Shown here: positions 51,166 through 61,773 of the stretch, in pieces
Position numbering within the stretch: the first letter of the stretch is position 1
Layout: each line of letters starts with the position of its first letter
Origin: an uncultured Actinomycetota bacterium
Lineage (GTDB): Bacteria > Actinomycetota > Actinomycetes > Streptosporangiales > Streptosporangiaceae
DNA length: 64,000 nt
Direction: 5' to 3'
Assembly (NCBI GenBank): GCA_963756575.1
Contig: CAVWOM010000012.1
Coordinates: 142,257 to 206,256, forward strand
Position numbers and translations under genes: made by a program
Notes under the pieces: model-generated
What the model saw: the letters and a program-made list of their open reading frames with translations, nothing else
Told to the model about the DNA's origin: nothing
Databases searched by the model: none

Positions 51166-52310
51166 ATGAGCGACGGACTGGACGAGCTGTACCGGGTGAG
51201 CCAGGCGGTGCTGTCCGTGACCCGGCAGATGTCCGTCCGCGACGTGCTGCAGGTCATCGTGCGGTCGGCCCGGTCCCTGGTCGGGGCGCGCTACGCCGCG
51301 CTCGGGGTACCCGATGAGGGCGACTCGTTCGCCGAGTTCGTGGTGGACGGGATCAGCCCGGCCGAGGGGCAGGCCATCGGCCCGCTGCCGCGCCGGCACG
51401 GCATGCTCGGCGTGCTGCTCACCGAGGGCAAGCCGGAACGGCTCGCGGACATCCGCGCGGACCGCAGGTTCGAGGGCTGGCCCCCGCGCACCCGCAGCAT
51501 GTCGCACTTCCTCGGCGTCCCGGTCCGCGACGGCGAGGCGGTGCTCGGCATCATCTTCGCGGCCAACAAGGTCCGCCGCCGCAGCGTCCCGGCTTCACCG
51601 AACGGGACGAGGAGATGCTGTCCCTGTTCGCCACGCACGCCGCGATCGCGCTGACCAACGCCCGGCTGTACGAGCGGAGCCGCGAACTGTCGGTCATGCA
51701 CGAGCGCGCCCGGCTGGCCCGTGACCTGCACGACGCGGTCACCCAGAAGCTGTTCAGCCTCCGGGCGCACGCCCGGGCCGCGGCGGTCCTGGCCGCCGGG
51801 AGCCGGTCCAGCGCGGCCCGGGTCAAGGCCGAGATCGACGAGTGATCAGCGCGCTCGGCGCCGAGGCCCACGCGGAACTGCGCGCGGTGATCGACGGGCT
51901 GGCCCCGCCCGACCTGGAGGCGGCCGGGCTGGCCGAGTCGATGCGCCGGTACGCGGTGCTGGCCGGGCGGGCGCACGGCGTGCCCGTGACGTTCACCGCG
52001 GCCGGACTGCCCGCGCTGAGCGCGGCCTCGAGGCGGCGCTGTACCGGGTCGCGCAGGAGGCGCTGCACAACGCGCTGCGGCACGCCGCGGGGCGGCGCAC
52101 GTGCGGGTCCGCCTGTCGCGGACGCGCGCGCCAGGTCGTCCTGGAGGTGGCCGACGACGGCACGGCTTCCCGGCCGGGGCGCCGTCCGGCGGGCTCGGCC
52201 TGGCCTCGATGCGGGACCGGGCCGCCGCGGCCGGCGGGGGCTCACGGTCGTCGGGCCCGGCCGGGGCCCAGGGTGCGGATGACCGTGCCCGCCGGGGGCA
52301 GCCAATGCCG
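51166..52310 (+). pseudogene. GAF-domain sensor histidine kinase (HisKA_3 + HATPase_c), at least 2 frame breaks
   Basis: GAF (VRDVLQVIVRSARSLVGARYAALGVPD...). H-box HDAVTQKLFSL. LYRVAQEALHNALRHA. GLGLASMRDRAAAAGG. Frames switch near 51600 and 51850. Confidence 0.6.
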
Positions 52311-52967
52311 CCGCCCATCAGGGTGCTGATCGTGGACGACCATCCGGTCGTCCGGCAGGGGCTGCGGGCCCTGCTCGAGGTGCAGGACGGGATCGAGGTG
52401 GCCGGCGAGGCCGGCGACGGGACCGCCGGCGCTGGCGCTGGCCGCCGAGCTCGCCCCGGACGTGATCCTGCTGGACCTCAAGCTGCCCGGCATGGACGGC
52501 CTGGCCGTCTGACCGAGCTCGACGGCCGGCGGCCACCCGGCCCGGGTCCTCGTGCTGACCAGCGCGACCGAGCCCTCCGCGGCCAGCCCGGCGCTGCGGT
52601 CCGGCGCCGCGGGCGTGCTCTACAAGGACGTCGACCCCGACGCGCTGGTCCGGGCCATCCCCTCGGTCCACGATGGCACCTGCTGCTGGCCCCGGAGGCG
52701 GCCGGGTCGCTGGTCCGCCCGGCCGGGGCGGGGGACGCCGGGCGCGGCCTGGACGCGCTCACCCGCCGGGAGCGCGAGGTGCTGGCCGAACTCGCCAAGG
52801 GCCGGTCCAACCGGGAGATCGCGCGGGCGCTGACGGTCTCGGAGAAGACCGTGAAGGCCCACGTCAGCGCGGTGCTGGCCAAGCTCGGCGTGCAGGACCG
52901 CACCCAGGCCGCCCTGCTCGCCGTCCGCCACGAGCGCGGGGCAGCGGCTCCTGTCTTCCTCAGGTGA
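52305..52967 (+). pseudogene. NarL/LuxR-family response regulator, about 3 frame breaks
   Basis: IRVLIVDDHPVVRQGLRALL...(break)...LAPDVILLDLKLPGMDGLAV...(break)...LTRREREVLAELAKGRSNREIARALTVSEKTVKAHVSAVLAKLG. Confidence 0.6.
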
Positions 52968-53705
52968 CCGGCCGGGACGGTGGCGCAATCACCCCCACTG
53001 AGGGAGCGGTTGGCGCAAGGACCCCACCGGTTACGACCCCTTCCTGGACCGCTTTAGTAAGGTGGGCGTAGACGATGAGTTGTCCAGGTAGTGGCCGGTG
53101 GCCTGGTCGTAGGGGCCGCCGCAGGTGATCAGCCGCAGCCTGGGGTACCGGGCTTGCCGTAGACCGCGCGGGCGGGAAGTCGTCCTTCGCCGTCCTCTGC
53201 AGGCCGTCCACCACGAACACCGCGGTCCTGCCGTCGGTCAGCCGGACATAGATCCTGTTTCCTTCCGCAGGTTCTTGAGCTCAGAGTACGACCGGGCGGT
53301 CACCGAGTCGACGTGCCCCAGGATCACCGAGTCCTGGCGGGTTGTCCCGGCGTCGGGCCGTACTTGTACCAGCCGGTCAGGTTGTGGTCGGCGAGCGGCG
53401 GCACCTGCACGGTCCCGTCCGGGTTCAGCCCGACCTCCGTCACCGGTGTGTTCACCCCGATCGCGGATGCGCAGGCGCACCGGGACCGACCGTTTCAGCG
53501 GCCGGACCCGCCGGTTGCGGTGAGCCGCGGCACAGACGTCTTGACCGACGCCGGGATCAGCGACGCGGCGCTGTCCGGCAGCGGGCCGTGGCTGGTCAGC
53601 GCCACCGCGGCGACGGTGAGGCCGACGGCGCACAGCAGGGCCGCCGCCAGGGCGGTGGGCAGCGCCCACCGTCCCAGCGGCGTACGCCGGTGACGTGGCA
53701 GGTAC
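52960..53705 (-). pseudogene. Sortase (class E/F-like transpeptidase), about 3 frame breaks
   Basis: N-terminal TM (WALPTALAAALLCAVGLTVAAVALTS). ILGHVDS. LRLITCGGPYDQATGHY(LDN) catalytic Cys motif. Pieces in ORFs 53495-54304, 53238-53669 and 52960-53220. Confidence 0.55.
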
Positions 53706-53729
53706 ACCTGGGTGTGCCGAGCCGCGGAG

Positions 53730-54310
53730 CTATGCGGCGCCGGCGTGGTCCGCGTCGCGGGCCTGCCGCCAGCGCCGGAATGCGACCAGCCCGAGCCGCG
53801 CCGCGACCATCGGGACCGCGCCGCCGCCCGCCGCCAGCGGGATGTCACTGCCGCCAGCCATCCGCCGCCGGTGTTGGCCGGCCCGGACGGCACTGGCGAG
53901 CCCGAAGCGACAACGGGGCGACCGCGGTCGGGGTCGAGCTCGCGGTGACGGCAGAGGGACCGGCGGCGGGTGTGAACGGCTTGGCGGTGTACACCGGTGT
54001 CGGCGGACAGCCGGGGTCGGCGTGGACACCGGGGCCGGTGTGGGCGGGACCACCCACTGCCACCCCGAGGCGTGGGCAATGGCGTCTGACAGTGGCACGT
54101 CGGCGGGGGAGTTGGCGTCGGTTTGCAGCACTTCTTCTGGTACGAATACTGTTCGCCCGGCGGGCAGGTCTGGTTCCCATTCCCGTTCCCGTAGCCCAAG
54201 CCTCCGCCGGTGTCTCCCGCCACCCGGACAACGTGGCCGCATGGGCGGCCGCTCCCGGCGCCGATGATCGCCACCGCGCTGGTCGCCAGGCAGCCGGAAA
54301 GCATCGCGGA
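53730..54310 (-). pseudogene. Small Pro/Thr/Cys-rich secreted protein with C-terminal sorting-signal-like tail (candidate sortase substrate), about 2 frame breaks
   Basis: Signal-like MLSGCLATSAVAIIGAGSG. GNGNGNQTCPPGEQYSYQKKCCKPTPTPPPTCHC. Tail DIPLAAGGGAVPMVAARLGLVAFRRWRQARD (motif + hydrophobic + basic) in a third frame. GGAAGGA SD before the first ATG. Confidence 0.4.
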
Positions 54311-54633
54311 TGCGCATAGTCCTTCCGCTCCTTTCGCTATAACCTCGCACGTTTGTACTTGGTCCTGGGTCGTGGAGTAGATCAGGCAGCGTAGCGCAGG
54401 GTAAGCGAATATGCGGTTGCGTTATCGATATTTAATTTTTGTCTACCGGTGCCCGGCACGGGTGAACCGCAGATGGCCTGGCACGTCCGCCGGCGTCCCG
54501 TTATCAGCCGGCCCTGAGGTGCTTGTGATCGAGCCTTCGAAAGGATGACGGAGTAAGCGGTGTATCTAGGTCGGTCTCGACGGGGTCGCGGTGGCATAGG
54601 TTCGGTCTCGGCGACGCGGAGAGAAGGAGCCTG

Positions 54634-55438
54634 ATGTCCGACGAGGTGCTTCGGCTGCGGGGCGTCGAGGTCCGGCGGGACGCGGCGGTCCTGCTGCGCA
54701 ACGTCGACTGGACGGCCCACGGGGACGAGCGGTGGATCCTGATCGGCCCGAACGGGGCGGGTAAGACCACCCTGCTCCAGGTGGCCGCCACCTTGATGTT
54801 CCCCGCCGAGGGCACGGTCGAGATCCTCGGCGAGCGGATGGGCGAGGTGGACATCTTCGACCTGCGGCCGCGGATCGGGCTGACCAGCGCCGCCATCGCC
54901 GAGCAGGTGCCGCCGGGGAGAAGGTCATCGACCTGGTGCTCACCGCCTCCTACGCCATCCTCGGCCGGTGGAAGGAGGAATACGACTCCGCCGACGTCAC
55001 CCGCGCGGTCGAGATCCTCGACGCGCTCGGCTGCGCGCACCTGATCAGGCGCCGGTTCGCCACCCTGTCCGAGGGGGAGCGCAAGCGGGTGCAGATCGCC
55101 CGGGCGCTGATGCCCGACCCGGAACTGCTGCTGCTCGACGAGCTGGCCGCCGGGCTCGACCTGGGCGGCCGCGAGGATCTGTCCGGCGGCTGAGCAAGCT
55201 CGCCCGCGACCCCAAGGCGCCGATGATGGTGCTGGTCACCCACCACGTCGAGGAGGTGCCGGACGGGTTCACCCACGCGATGCTGCTGCGCCGGGGCTCG
55301 GTGCTGGCGGCCGGGCCGATCGACGAGGTGTTCACCGAGCGGAACCTGTCCCGCTGCTTCGGCGTCCAGCTGGAGATCGAGCACCGGCAGTCCCGCTGGA
55401 CCGCCCGGTGCACGCTAGGCAGGTCTCCCCCCGGGTAG
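54634..55438 (+). pseudogene. ABC transporter ATP-binding protein, about 2 frame breaks
   Basis: GAGAAGGAG SD. Walker A GPNGAGKTTLLQ. Signature LSEGERKRVQIARAL. Walker B LLLLDELAAGLD. H-loop VLVTHH. Segments in frames 54634/54968. Confidence 0.65.
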
Positions 55439-55551
55439 CACTGAGTCAGCAACCGCTGGCTGAACTCGCTCGCCGTCGGTAACGTAGCAAACACGCCCGG
55501 AAACCCCGGAACTACACCGATTCCCGCCCCGGGCGCAGGAGCGAGGCCGCC

Positions 55552-56540
55552 ATGAGCTCTCTTGTCGTGACGATCCTGCTGGTCGTCCTCGTCATCGCGG
55601 TGGTCGCCGCGGTCGTCAAGTCGGTCCGCATCGTGCCGCAGGCGACGGCGGGCATCGTCGAGCGGTTCGGCCGCTACCACCGGACCCTGAACGCCGGCCT
55701 GAACATCGTGACGCCGTTCATCGACCACCTCCGCCCGCTCATCGACCTGCGCGAGCAGGTGGTCAGCTTCCCGCCGCAGCCGGTGATCACCATGGACAAC
55801 CTGGTGGTCGGCATCAACACCGTCATCTACTTCCAGGTGACCGATCCGCGGGCCGCCACCTACGAGGTCGCCAACTACATCACCGCCGTCGAGCAGCTGA
55901 CCGTCACCACGCTGCGCAACGTGGTCGGCGGCATGGAACTGGAGCACGCCCTCACCTCGCGGGACCAGATCAACGGCGAGCTGCGGGCCGAGCTCGACGA
56001 GGCGACGGGCAAGTGGGGCATCCGGGTCGGCCGGGTCGAGCTGAAGGCCATCGAGCCGCCCGGCTCCATCCAGGACTCGATGGAGAAGCAGATGCGCGCC
56101 GACCGGGACAAGCGGGCCGCCATCTTGTCCGCCGAAGGCTCCAAGCAGTCCGCCATCCTCACCGCCGAAGGCGAACGGCAGGCCGCGGTGCTCAAGGCCC
56201 GCGGCGAGTCCGAGGCGGCCGTGCTCCGGGCCGAGGCGGAAGCCACGGCCCAGGCGGTGCGGGCGCGCGGGCAGGCCGAGGCGATCAGCACCGTGTTCCG
56301 CGCCATCCACGAGGGCAACCCGGACCAGCGGCTGCTGGCCTACCAGTACATGCAGATGCTGCCGCAGCTCGCCCAGGGCGACGCGAACAAGGTCTGGATC
56401 GTGCCGAGCGAGATCGGCAAGGCGCTGGAGGGCCTCGGCGGTTTCTTCAGCTCGGCCGCCAGCCGGTTCGCCGAGCCCCCGGCCTCGGCGCCGGCCCCGG
56501 CCGTGCCCCCGGCGGGGGTGATGGGTACCGCCGGGCTCTC
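55552..56540 (+). CDS. SPFH/band-7 (stomatin/prohibitin-like) membrane protein; 3' end uncertain (no stop in frame until 56748)
   Basis: N-terminal TM. SPFH core (RIVPQATAGIVERFGRYHRTLNAGLNIV...). Coiled-coil Ala/Glu-rich tail. The ORF extension 56540-56748 is antisense to the Rieske gene. Confidence 0.7.
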
Positions 56541-57465
56541 AGGGCCGGGGTCGCAGCTCGATACGTCCGTCGGTGGTGACTCGAGTCTCGAAGGATGGCT
56601 GGCGGGCGGTAGCGGGCCCGTGCACGACGGTGCCGTCGGCGATCACGAAGGTGGAGCCGTGCCAGGGGCAGGCGACGCAGGCGGTTCCCCGTTCCAGCAC
56701 GATCCGGCCCTGATGCAGGGGCCCTCCGAGATGGGAGCACCGATCTGACAGCACGCTGACCTCGGATCCCTGCCGGTACACCAGCAGGGAGAGGTAGCCG
56801 AGCTGGCGCCGGACCGGCCTTCGCTCTGGCAGCTCGGCCAGCTCGCACAGATCGTGCCAGCCCAGCCCGGACAGGTGGCTGACCTGCTCGGCGTGACTGG
56901 TGCCCGCGCCCAGGCGCAGCGCCAGGTGGCCGCCGAGGTAGGCGCCGATGGTGGCGACCGCGAGCCCGGTGGCGGACAGCGCCCGCCCGTAGCCGGTCCG
57001 GCCGCCGGCCCGGGCGGCCAGCGAGCCGAGGAAGAAGGTGGCCGCGCCGCCCTGGCAGACGGCGTGCACCAGGCCGACCCGCTGCTGGTCCCGGTGCAGC
57101 GCCGACCAGTCGGCCAGGCCGGTGGCCGCCGCGGGCACGGTACCCGCGAGGCCGGCCGCGACGAGCAGGGCCGCCGCGCGCTCGGTGCCGCGGAACAGGT
57201 CGAGCAGCACGGCGGAGGTCCAGCAGCCGAGCGGCAGCCGGACCAGCGCGGGATGGGCGGGCTGGCCGAACGGGACGCCGTGCAGGGCGTCAGTCCGCTG
57301 GCCCGCCGGGAGCGCTCGGACCACGGAGTCGGACAGCCCGGAGATGACCGGGTCGAGGGCGTGAGCGCGCTCGATGCGCTCGGCGAGGGCCGACGGCCGG
57401 GACAGCAGGGAGGGTTTGCCTCCCTTGCGTGTGCGCCGGCCAGGGTGGAGGAGGGATTGCCGCAC
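56539..57465 (-). CDS. Rieske [2Fe-2S] domain protein with N-terminal membrane (DUF2231-like) domain
   Basis: CSHLGGPLHQG ... CPWHGSTF Rieske boxes. Four N-terminal TM helices. Confidence 0.75.
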   Translation of the reverse strand: MRQSLLHPGRRTRKGGKPSLLSRPSALAERIERAHALDPVISGLSDSVVRALPAGQRTDALHGVPFGQPAHPALVRLPLGCWTSAVLLDLFRGTERAAALLVAAGLAGTVPAAATGLADWSALHRDQQRVGLVHAVCQGGAATFFLGSLAARAGGRTGYGRALSATGLAVATIGAYLGGHLALRLGAGTSHAEQVSHLSGLGWHDLCELAELPERRPVRRQLGYLSLLVYRQGSEVSVLSDRCSHLGGPLHQGRIVLERGTACVACPWHGSTFVIADGTVVHGPATARQPSFETRVTTDGRIELRPRP

Positions 57466-57517
57466 GCTTAGTCCGTACCCGCCCCCTCCTTACGGGAACC
57501 TGACCTGCTGGTGAAGA

Positions 57518-57976
57518 TCACGCGCGCCGTTCGGCCTCGCCGCGGAGCCGGCCGAGCTGGTCCCGCACGATGCCGAGGAACCGCTGCTGGAATCCGAGCA
57601 GCAGCCGCAGCTCCTCGTCGGAGTAGCTGGCGGCGGCGTCCCGCCAGGCCATGACCAGCGGTCCGAAGGTCGGCCCGATCTCCCGCAGGGCCGGGCCCGG
57701 GTTCAGGTTGACGATCACCCGGCGCCGGTCCTTCGGGTCGCGGTCCCGGCGGACGAAGCCGCCCTCCTCGAGCCGGTCCAGGACCCCGGTGATCGACGCG
57801 GTGGTCAGCCCGGTCTGCCGGGCCAGCTCGCCCGCGGTCATCGGGCCGGTCAGCGCCATGATGTTCAGGCAGTTCAGGTCGGTGGCATTGACGCCGATGC
57901 GTTCGGCCGCCACCTGCCCGAGCAACTGCAGGGTCGACCCCGTCTGCCGCATCGCCTGCAGGAACTCGACCTCCAT
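57518..57976 (-). CDS. MarR family transcriptional regulator
   Basis: Winged-helix motif region (LNCLNIMALTGPMTAGELARQTGLTTASITGVLDRLEEGGFVRRDRDPKDRRRV). Start at the internal ATG (MEVEFLQ). Confidence 0.75.
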   Translation of the reverse strand: MEVEFLQAMRQTGSTLQLLGQVAAERIGVNATDLNCLNIMALTGPMTAGELARQTGLTTASITGVLDRLEEGGFVRRDRDPKDRRRVIVNLNPGPALREIGPTFGPLVMAWRDAAASYSDEELRLLLGFQQRFLGIVRDQLGRLRGEAERRA

Positions 57977-58316
57977 CCGCGCCCGCCCGGCATCGCCCCG
58001 CGCCCCGGCCGGTCCCCCGGCCGTCCGCCCGCCCGCCGCGTCCGCCGCATCCGCTCGGTCATGTCGCACCTCCCGCCGCTTTCCTACCAGCCGCCGCGAG
58101 GGCCGGCGACCACTCGCGCTCGCCACGCCCGCGAACCGCCACACTCGTTAGGCAAGTTGATATTTAAGAATACTAGACATTAGTTTTCTTAGATGATAGC
58201 TTCCCTAAGTGTAGGGCGGATGCGAGCGCCGCGAGACGGGCCGGCCGGGGGGCCGGTCACAGCGCGGGGGCGAGTTCCGTCTGAGAGTGCGAACCGCTAC
58301 GAGGGGATCCATCACC

Positions 58317-58472
58317 ATGACCACCACGGAAGAAAGCACCCGCCCGCGGCCGCTCATCGGGCCGTCGGCGGGACCGGCCGAGGCCGTGCTGACCAGGCCG
58401 CTGACCACCATCCGGACGCCGGGGGAGATCACCCGGCCGATCCGGGCGACGTTCGGTACGGAGGAAAGCTGA
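58317..58472 (+). CDS. Small ORF (51 aa, Thr/Pro/Arg-rich) whose stop overlaps the hemerythrin ATG (TGATG)
   Basis: GAGGGGA SD 9 nt upstream. High GC3. Translational coupling. No homology recognised. Confidence 0.35.
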   Translation: MTTTEESTRPRPLIGPSAGPAEAVLTRPLTTIRTPGEITRPIRATFGTEES

Positions 58473-59167
58473 TGACCACGCAGAAACTGCCCGGCACCGA
58501 TGCCGCCCGGCACGGCGCCGGCGACGCCGACCTGACCATCATGCTGGCGGCCCACCGCGCGTTCCGCCGGGACCTGACCCGGCTGGCCCGCGCGGCCTCC
58601 CGGCCCGCCGGGGCGCTGCGGAGCGAGCCGGCCCGCCGCCGGTCGGTCGCGGCCGGCTGGGAGCTGTTCAAGCGCGAACTGCACCTGCACCACACGGCCG
58701 AGGACGAGATCATCTGGCCGGCCCTGCGGCCGCGGCTGGCCCACAGCGCGCACGCCCTGTCGGTGCTCGACGCCATGGAGGAGGAGCACACGCGCATCGA
58801 CCCGCTGCTGGCCGCGGTCGACGCCGCGTTCGCGGGGGAGCCCGAGGCCGCCGACTGGCCCGGGCACGACCGGCTCGCCGACGTGATCGACGCGCTGGTC
58901 AGCACGCTGACCGGCCATCTCGCGCACGAGGAGCGGGACGGCCTGCCGCTGATCGGCGTGGCCCTGACCGCCGCCGAGTGGCGCGGCGCCGGCTTCCGGA
59001 TCGCGCGGCGGAACGGCCTGGCCGAGGGAGGCGAGATGTTCGCCTGGATGCTGGACGGCGCCGGGCGCGAGGACGCCGCCGCCACCCTGAAATCCCTCCC
59101 GCCGCCGGTGCGCCTGCTCTACCGCGCCGTCTGGAAGCCCCGCTTCGACAAGACCCCGCGCTGGTAG
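58472..59167 (+). CDS. Hemerythrin HHE cation-binding domain protein
   Basis: H...E...H motif spacing (LAAHRAFRRDL..., LHLHHTAEDEII, EEEHTRIDP, GHLAHEERD). GGAGGA SD. Confidence 0.75.
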   Translation: MTTQKLPGTDAARHGAGDADLTIMLAAHRAFRRDLTRLARAASRPAGALRSEPARRRSVAAGWELFKRELHLHHTAEDEIIWPALRPRLAHSAHALSVLDAMEEEHTRIDPLLAAVDAAFAGEPEAADWPGHDRLADVIDALVSTLTGHLAHEERDGLPLIGVALTAAEWRGAGFRIARRNGLAEGGEMFAWMLDGAGREDAAATLKSLPPPVRLLYRAVWKPRFDKTPRW

Positions 59168-59219
59168 GCCAGCCGCCCAGGCTGGCGGCCGCCCGGCCGG
59201 CCAGAAGAAGCCAGCAAGG

Positions 59220-59897
59220 TCAAGGGCGGAAGCGGTAGCCCATGCCGGATTCGGTCAGCAGGTAGCGCGGTCGCGAGGGCTCGGGTTCGAGCTTGCGGCG
59301 CAGCTGGGCCAGGTACACCCGCAGGTAGTTGCTCTCCGTCTCGTACGCCGGGCCCCAGATCTCGCGGAGCAGCTGCTTCTGCGAAACCAGGCGCCCGCTG
59401 TTACGCACCAAGATCTCCAGCAGCTGCCACTCCGTCGGGGTCAGCCGGACCGCGGCCCCGCCCGCCCGGACCACCTGCTTCGCCGCCAGGTCCACGGTGA
59501 AATCGGAGGTGACCACCACCGGCTCGTCCGGGGCGGGGGCCGCCCGGCGGACCGCGGCCCGGAGCCGGGCCAGCAATTCATCCATACCGAACGGCTTGGT
59601 CACATAGTCATCGGCGCCGGCGTCGAGCGCCGCTACCTTCTGGCTTTCCTGCCCCCACGCGGACAGCACGATGATCGGGATCGTGGTCCAGCCGCGGACG
59701 CCGTGGATCACCTCGGTGCCGTCCATGTCCGGCAGCCCCAGGTCCAAGATGATCACGTCGGGCCGGTCGCGGGCCACCGCGGCCAGCCCGGTGGTGCCGT
59801 CCACCGCCGTGCTGACCTCGTATTCGCGCGCGCTCAGGTTGATCCGCAGCGCCCGCAGGATGGACGGCTCGTCGTCCACCACCAGGACCCGGGTCAT
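59220..59897 (-). CDS. OmpR-family response regulator (KdpE-like)
   Basis: Receiver domain (VLVVDDEPSILRAL...DVIILDLGLPDMDG) + winged-helix (WQLLEILVRNSGRLVSQKQLLREIWG...YLRVYLAQLRRKLE). 225 aa. Confidence 0.85.
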   Translation of the reverse strand: MTRVLVVDDEPSILRALRINLSAREYEVSTAVDGTTGLAAVARDRPDVIILDLGLPDMDGTEVIHGVRGWTTIPIIVLSAWGQESQKVAALDAGADDYVTKPFGMDELLARLRAAVRRAAPAPDEPVVVTSDFTVDLAAKQVVRAGGAAVRLTPTEWQLLEILVRNSGRLVSQKQLLREIWGPAYETESNYLRVYLAQLRRKLEPEPSRPRYLLTESGMGYRFRP

Positions 59898-59919
59898 CGG
59901 GCCGCCGCCGGGATGAGCG

Positions 59920-61773
59920 TCATGAGCCCGCGGCGCCGAGCGCGGAGCGGTCCTCGCTGGCCGCCGGGGCCGCGGGCAGCACGATCGCGATGGTCAGCCC
60001 GCCCCCGGGCGTGTCCAGGGCGAGGATCCGGCCGCCCATCGCTTCGGCGAAACCGCGCGCCACCGTGAGCCCGAGGCCCACGCCCGGGTGCCGGTCGCCG
60101 GCCCGCTCGAACGGCTCGAAGATGCGGCCCTTCTGCTCGTCCGGCACGCCGGGCCCGTGGTCCACGACCTCCAGGCACACCGTGCCCTCGGACAGCGAGG
60201 CGTGCAGCTCGGGCGGCCGCCCGGCGGGGGAGAAGCGCAGCGCGTTGGAGAACAGGTTGGCCAGCACCCGCTCGAGCAGGCCGGGATCGGCCAGCACCAG
60301 CGGGAAGCCGTCCGGCACGGCCAGTTCGAGCCGCAGCGAGTCGTCGAGGCCGACGGCGGCCATCGGCGCCACCTCGTCAATCGCGGTGGGCCGCAGGAAC
60401 GGCTGCAGCGAGCCGGTGTGCAGGCGGCTCATGTCGAGCAGGTTGCCGATGAGCGCGTCGAGCCGGTCCGCGTTCTGCTCGATGGTGGCGAGGAAGTCGG
60501 CCTGGTCTTCGGCGGACCACTCCACATCGGTCTGCCGCAGGCTGCTGACCGACGCCTTGATCGAGGCGAGCGGGGTGCGCAGGTCGTGGCTGACGGCGGC
60601 GAGCAGCGCGGTCCGCATCCGGTTGCCCTCGGCCAGCGCCTCGGCCTGGGCCGCCTGGGTGCGCAGCCGCTCCCGGTCGAGCGCGGCCACCATCTGGGCC
60701 GCGTACCCGGCGACCAGCGCCGGGGTGGCCGAGGCGTCCTGCCCGGCGATCAGCAGGGTCAGGTCGTCGCGGATATCGATGCGATTGGCCGCGGCCAGCC
60801 CGGAGCCCGCCGCAGCCCGCCCGGAGCCCGCGCCGCTCGAGGCGATCCGGACCCAGGCGCCGCCCGCTCGTTCGGTCAGTTCGGCCTGGCCGCCGTGGGT
60901 GCGGGTCAGGTGCTCCAGGATGGCGGCGGGCGAGTCGGCCCCGCCGAGCACGGTCTGCGCCAGCTCCAGCAGCGCGGCCGCCTCTTCCCGGGCCGCCGCG
61001 GCCTGGACGGCGCGCCGGGCGGCCAGGTGGACCATGCTGCTGACGGCGACCGCGACGGTGACGAACAGCAGCAGGGCCAGCAGGTTGCGCGGCTCGGCGA
61101 TGGTGAAGGTGTGCAGCGGCTCGGTGAAGTACCAGTTGAGCAGCAGGCTGGCCGCCACCGCGGCCAGCACGGCGGGCCAGAACCCGCCCACCACCGTGAT
61201 CGTCACCACCGCGACCAGGTAGATGAGCAGGTCATCGGCCAGGTCCAGGTGCGGCCGGGCCGCGGTCAGGACCAGCGTGAGCAGCGGCAGCAGGCAGGCG
61301 GCCAGCAGCCCGCCGCCCAGCCGCCGCCGGACGCCGATCGCGCCATCCCCGGACGGCGACGAGCCCTCAGCGGAGACCACGCGACGGCCACCTCGCACAC
61401 CCACGTATACCAGTGTGCGCCGTCGCGCCTGCCAGCGGAACAGCAGGCCGAGCCCGGCGCCGGCCAGCGCACCCAAAGAGATCGCCACGGCGGCGTGCGC
61501 GGCGGCCGGCCCGGTCGGGCGCAGCTGCGCGTACGGCGGCCGGGAGAAGCCGGTCACGGTGAGCCAGCCGATGCCGGCCAGGAACACCGCCGCGACCGGC
61601 TCGGCCGCGAACGACATGACGAAACCGATCGCCGCGCACAAGATCAGCACCCCGGTCGCGGGCAGGCGGCCGTGCAGCGCGGCGGCGGCCGTGCCCACGG
61701 CTAGGTACATGGCAAAGGCGGCCGGCAGCGCGTAGGGCGCCGCCATCGCCTGGTATCCGAACCTGTTTCTCAT
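59920..61773 (-). CDS. Sensor histidine kinase, KdpD C-terminal type (DUF4118 TM domain + HisKA + HATPase_c) lacking the N-terminal KdpD/Usp sensor domains
   Basis: DUF4118-like LLNWYFTEP. H-box AAVSHDLRTPLASI. HATPase N/G boxes (NLFSNALRFS, VVDHGPGV, GLGLTVARGF). Start site uncertain (61773 or upstream 61923). Confidence 0.75.
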   Translation of the reverse strand: MRNRFGYQAMAAPYALPAAFAMYLAVGTAAAALHGRLPATGVLILCAAIGFVMSFAAEPVAAVFLAGIGWLTVTGFSRPPYAQLRPTGPAAAHAAVAISLGALAGAGLGLLFRWQARRRTLVYVGVRGGRRVVSAEGSSPSGDGAIGVRRRLGGGLLAACLLPLLTLVLTAARPHLDLADDLLIYLVAVVTITVVGGFWPAVLAAVAASLLLNWYFTEPLHTFTIAEPRNLLALLLFVTVAVAVSSMVHLAARRAVQAAAAREEAAALLELAQTVLGGADSPAAILEHLTRTHGGQAELTERAGGAWVRIASSGAGSGRAAAGSGLAAANRIDIRDDLTLLIAGQDASATPALVAGYAAQMVAALDRERLRTQAAQAEALAEGNRMRTALLAAVSHDLRTPLASIKASVSSLRQTDVEWSAEDQADFLATIEQNADRLDALIGNLLDMSRLHTGSLQPFLRPTAIDEVAPMAAVGLDDSLRLELAVPDGFPLVLADPGLLERVLANLFSNALRFSPAGRPPELHASLSEGTVCLEVVDHGPGVPDEQKGRIFEPFERAGDRHPGVGLGLTVARGFAEAMGGRILALDTPGGGLTIAIVLPAAPAASEDRSALGAAGS

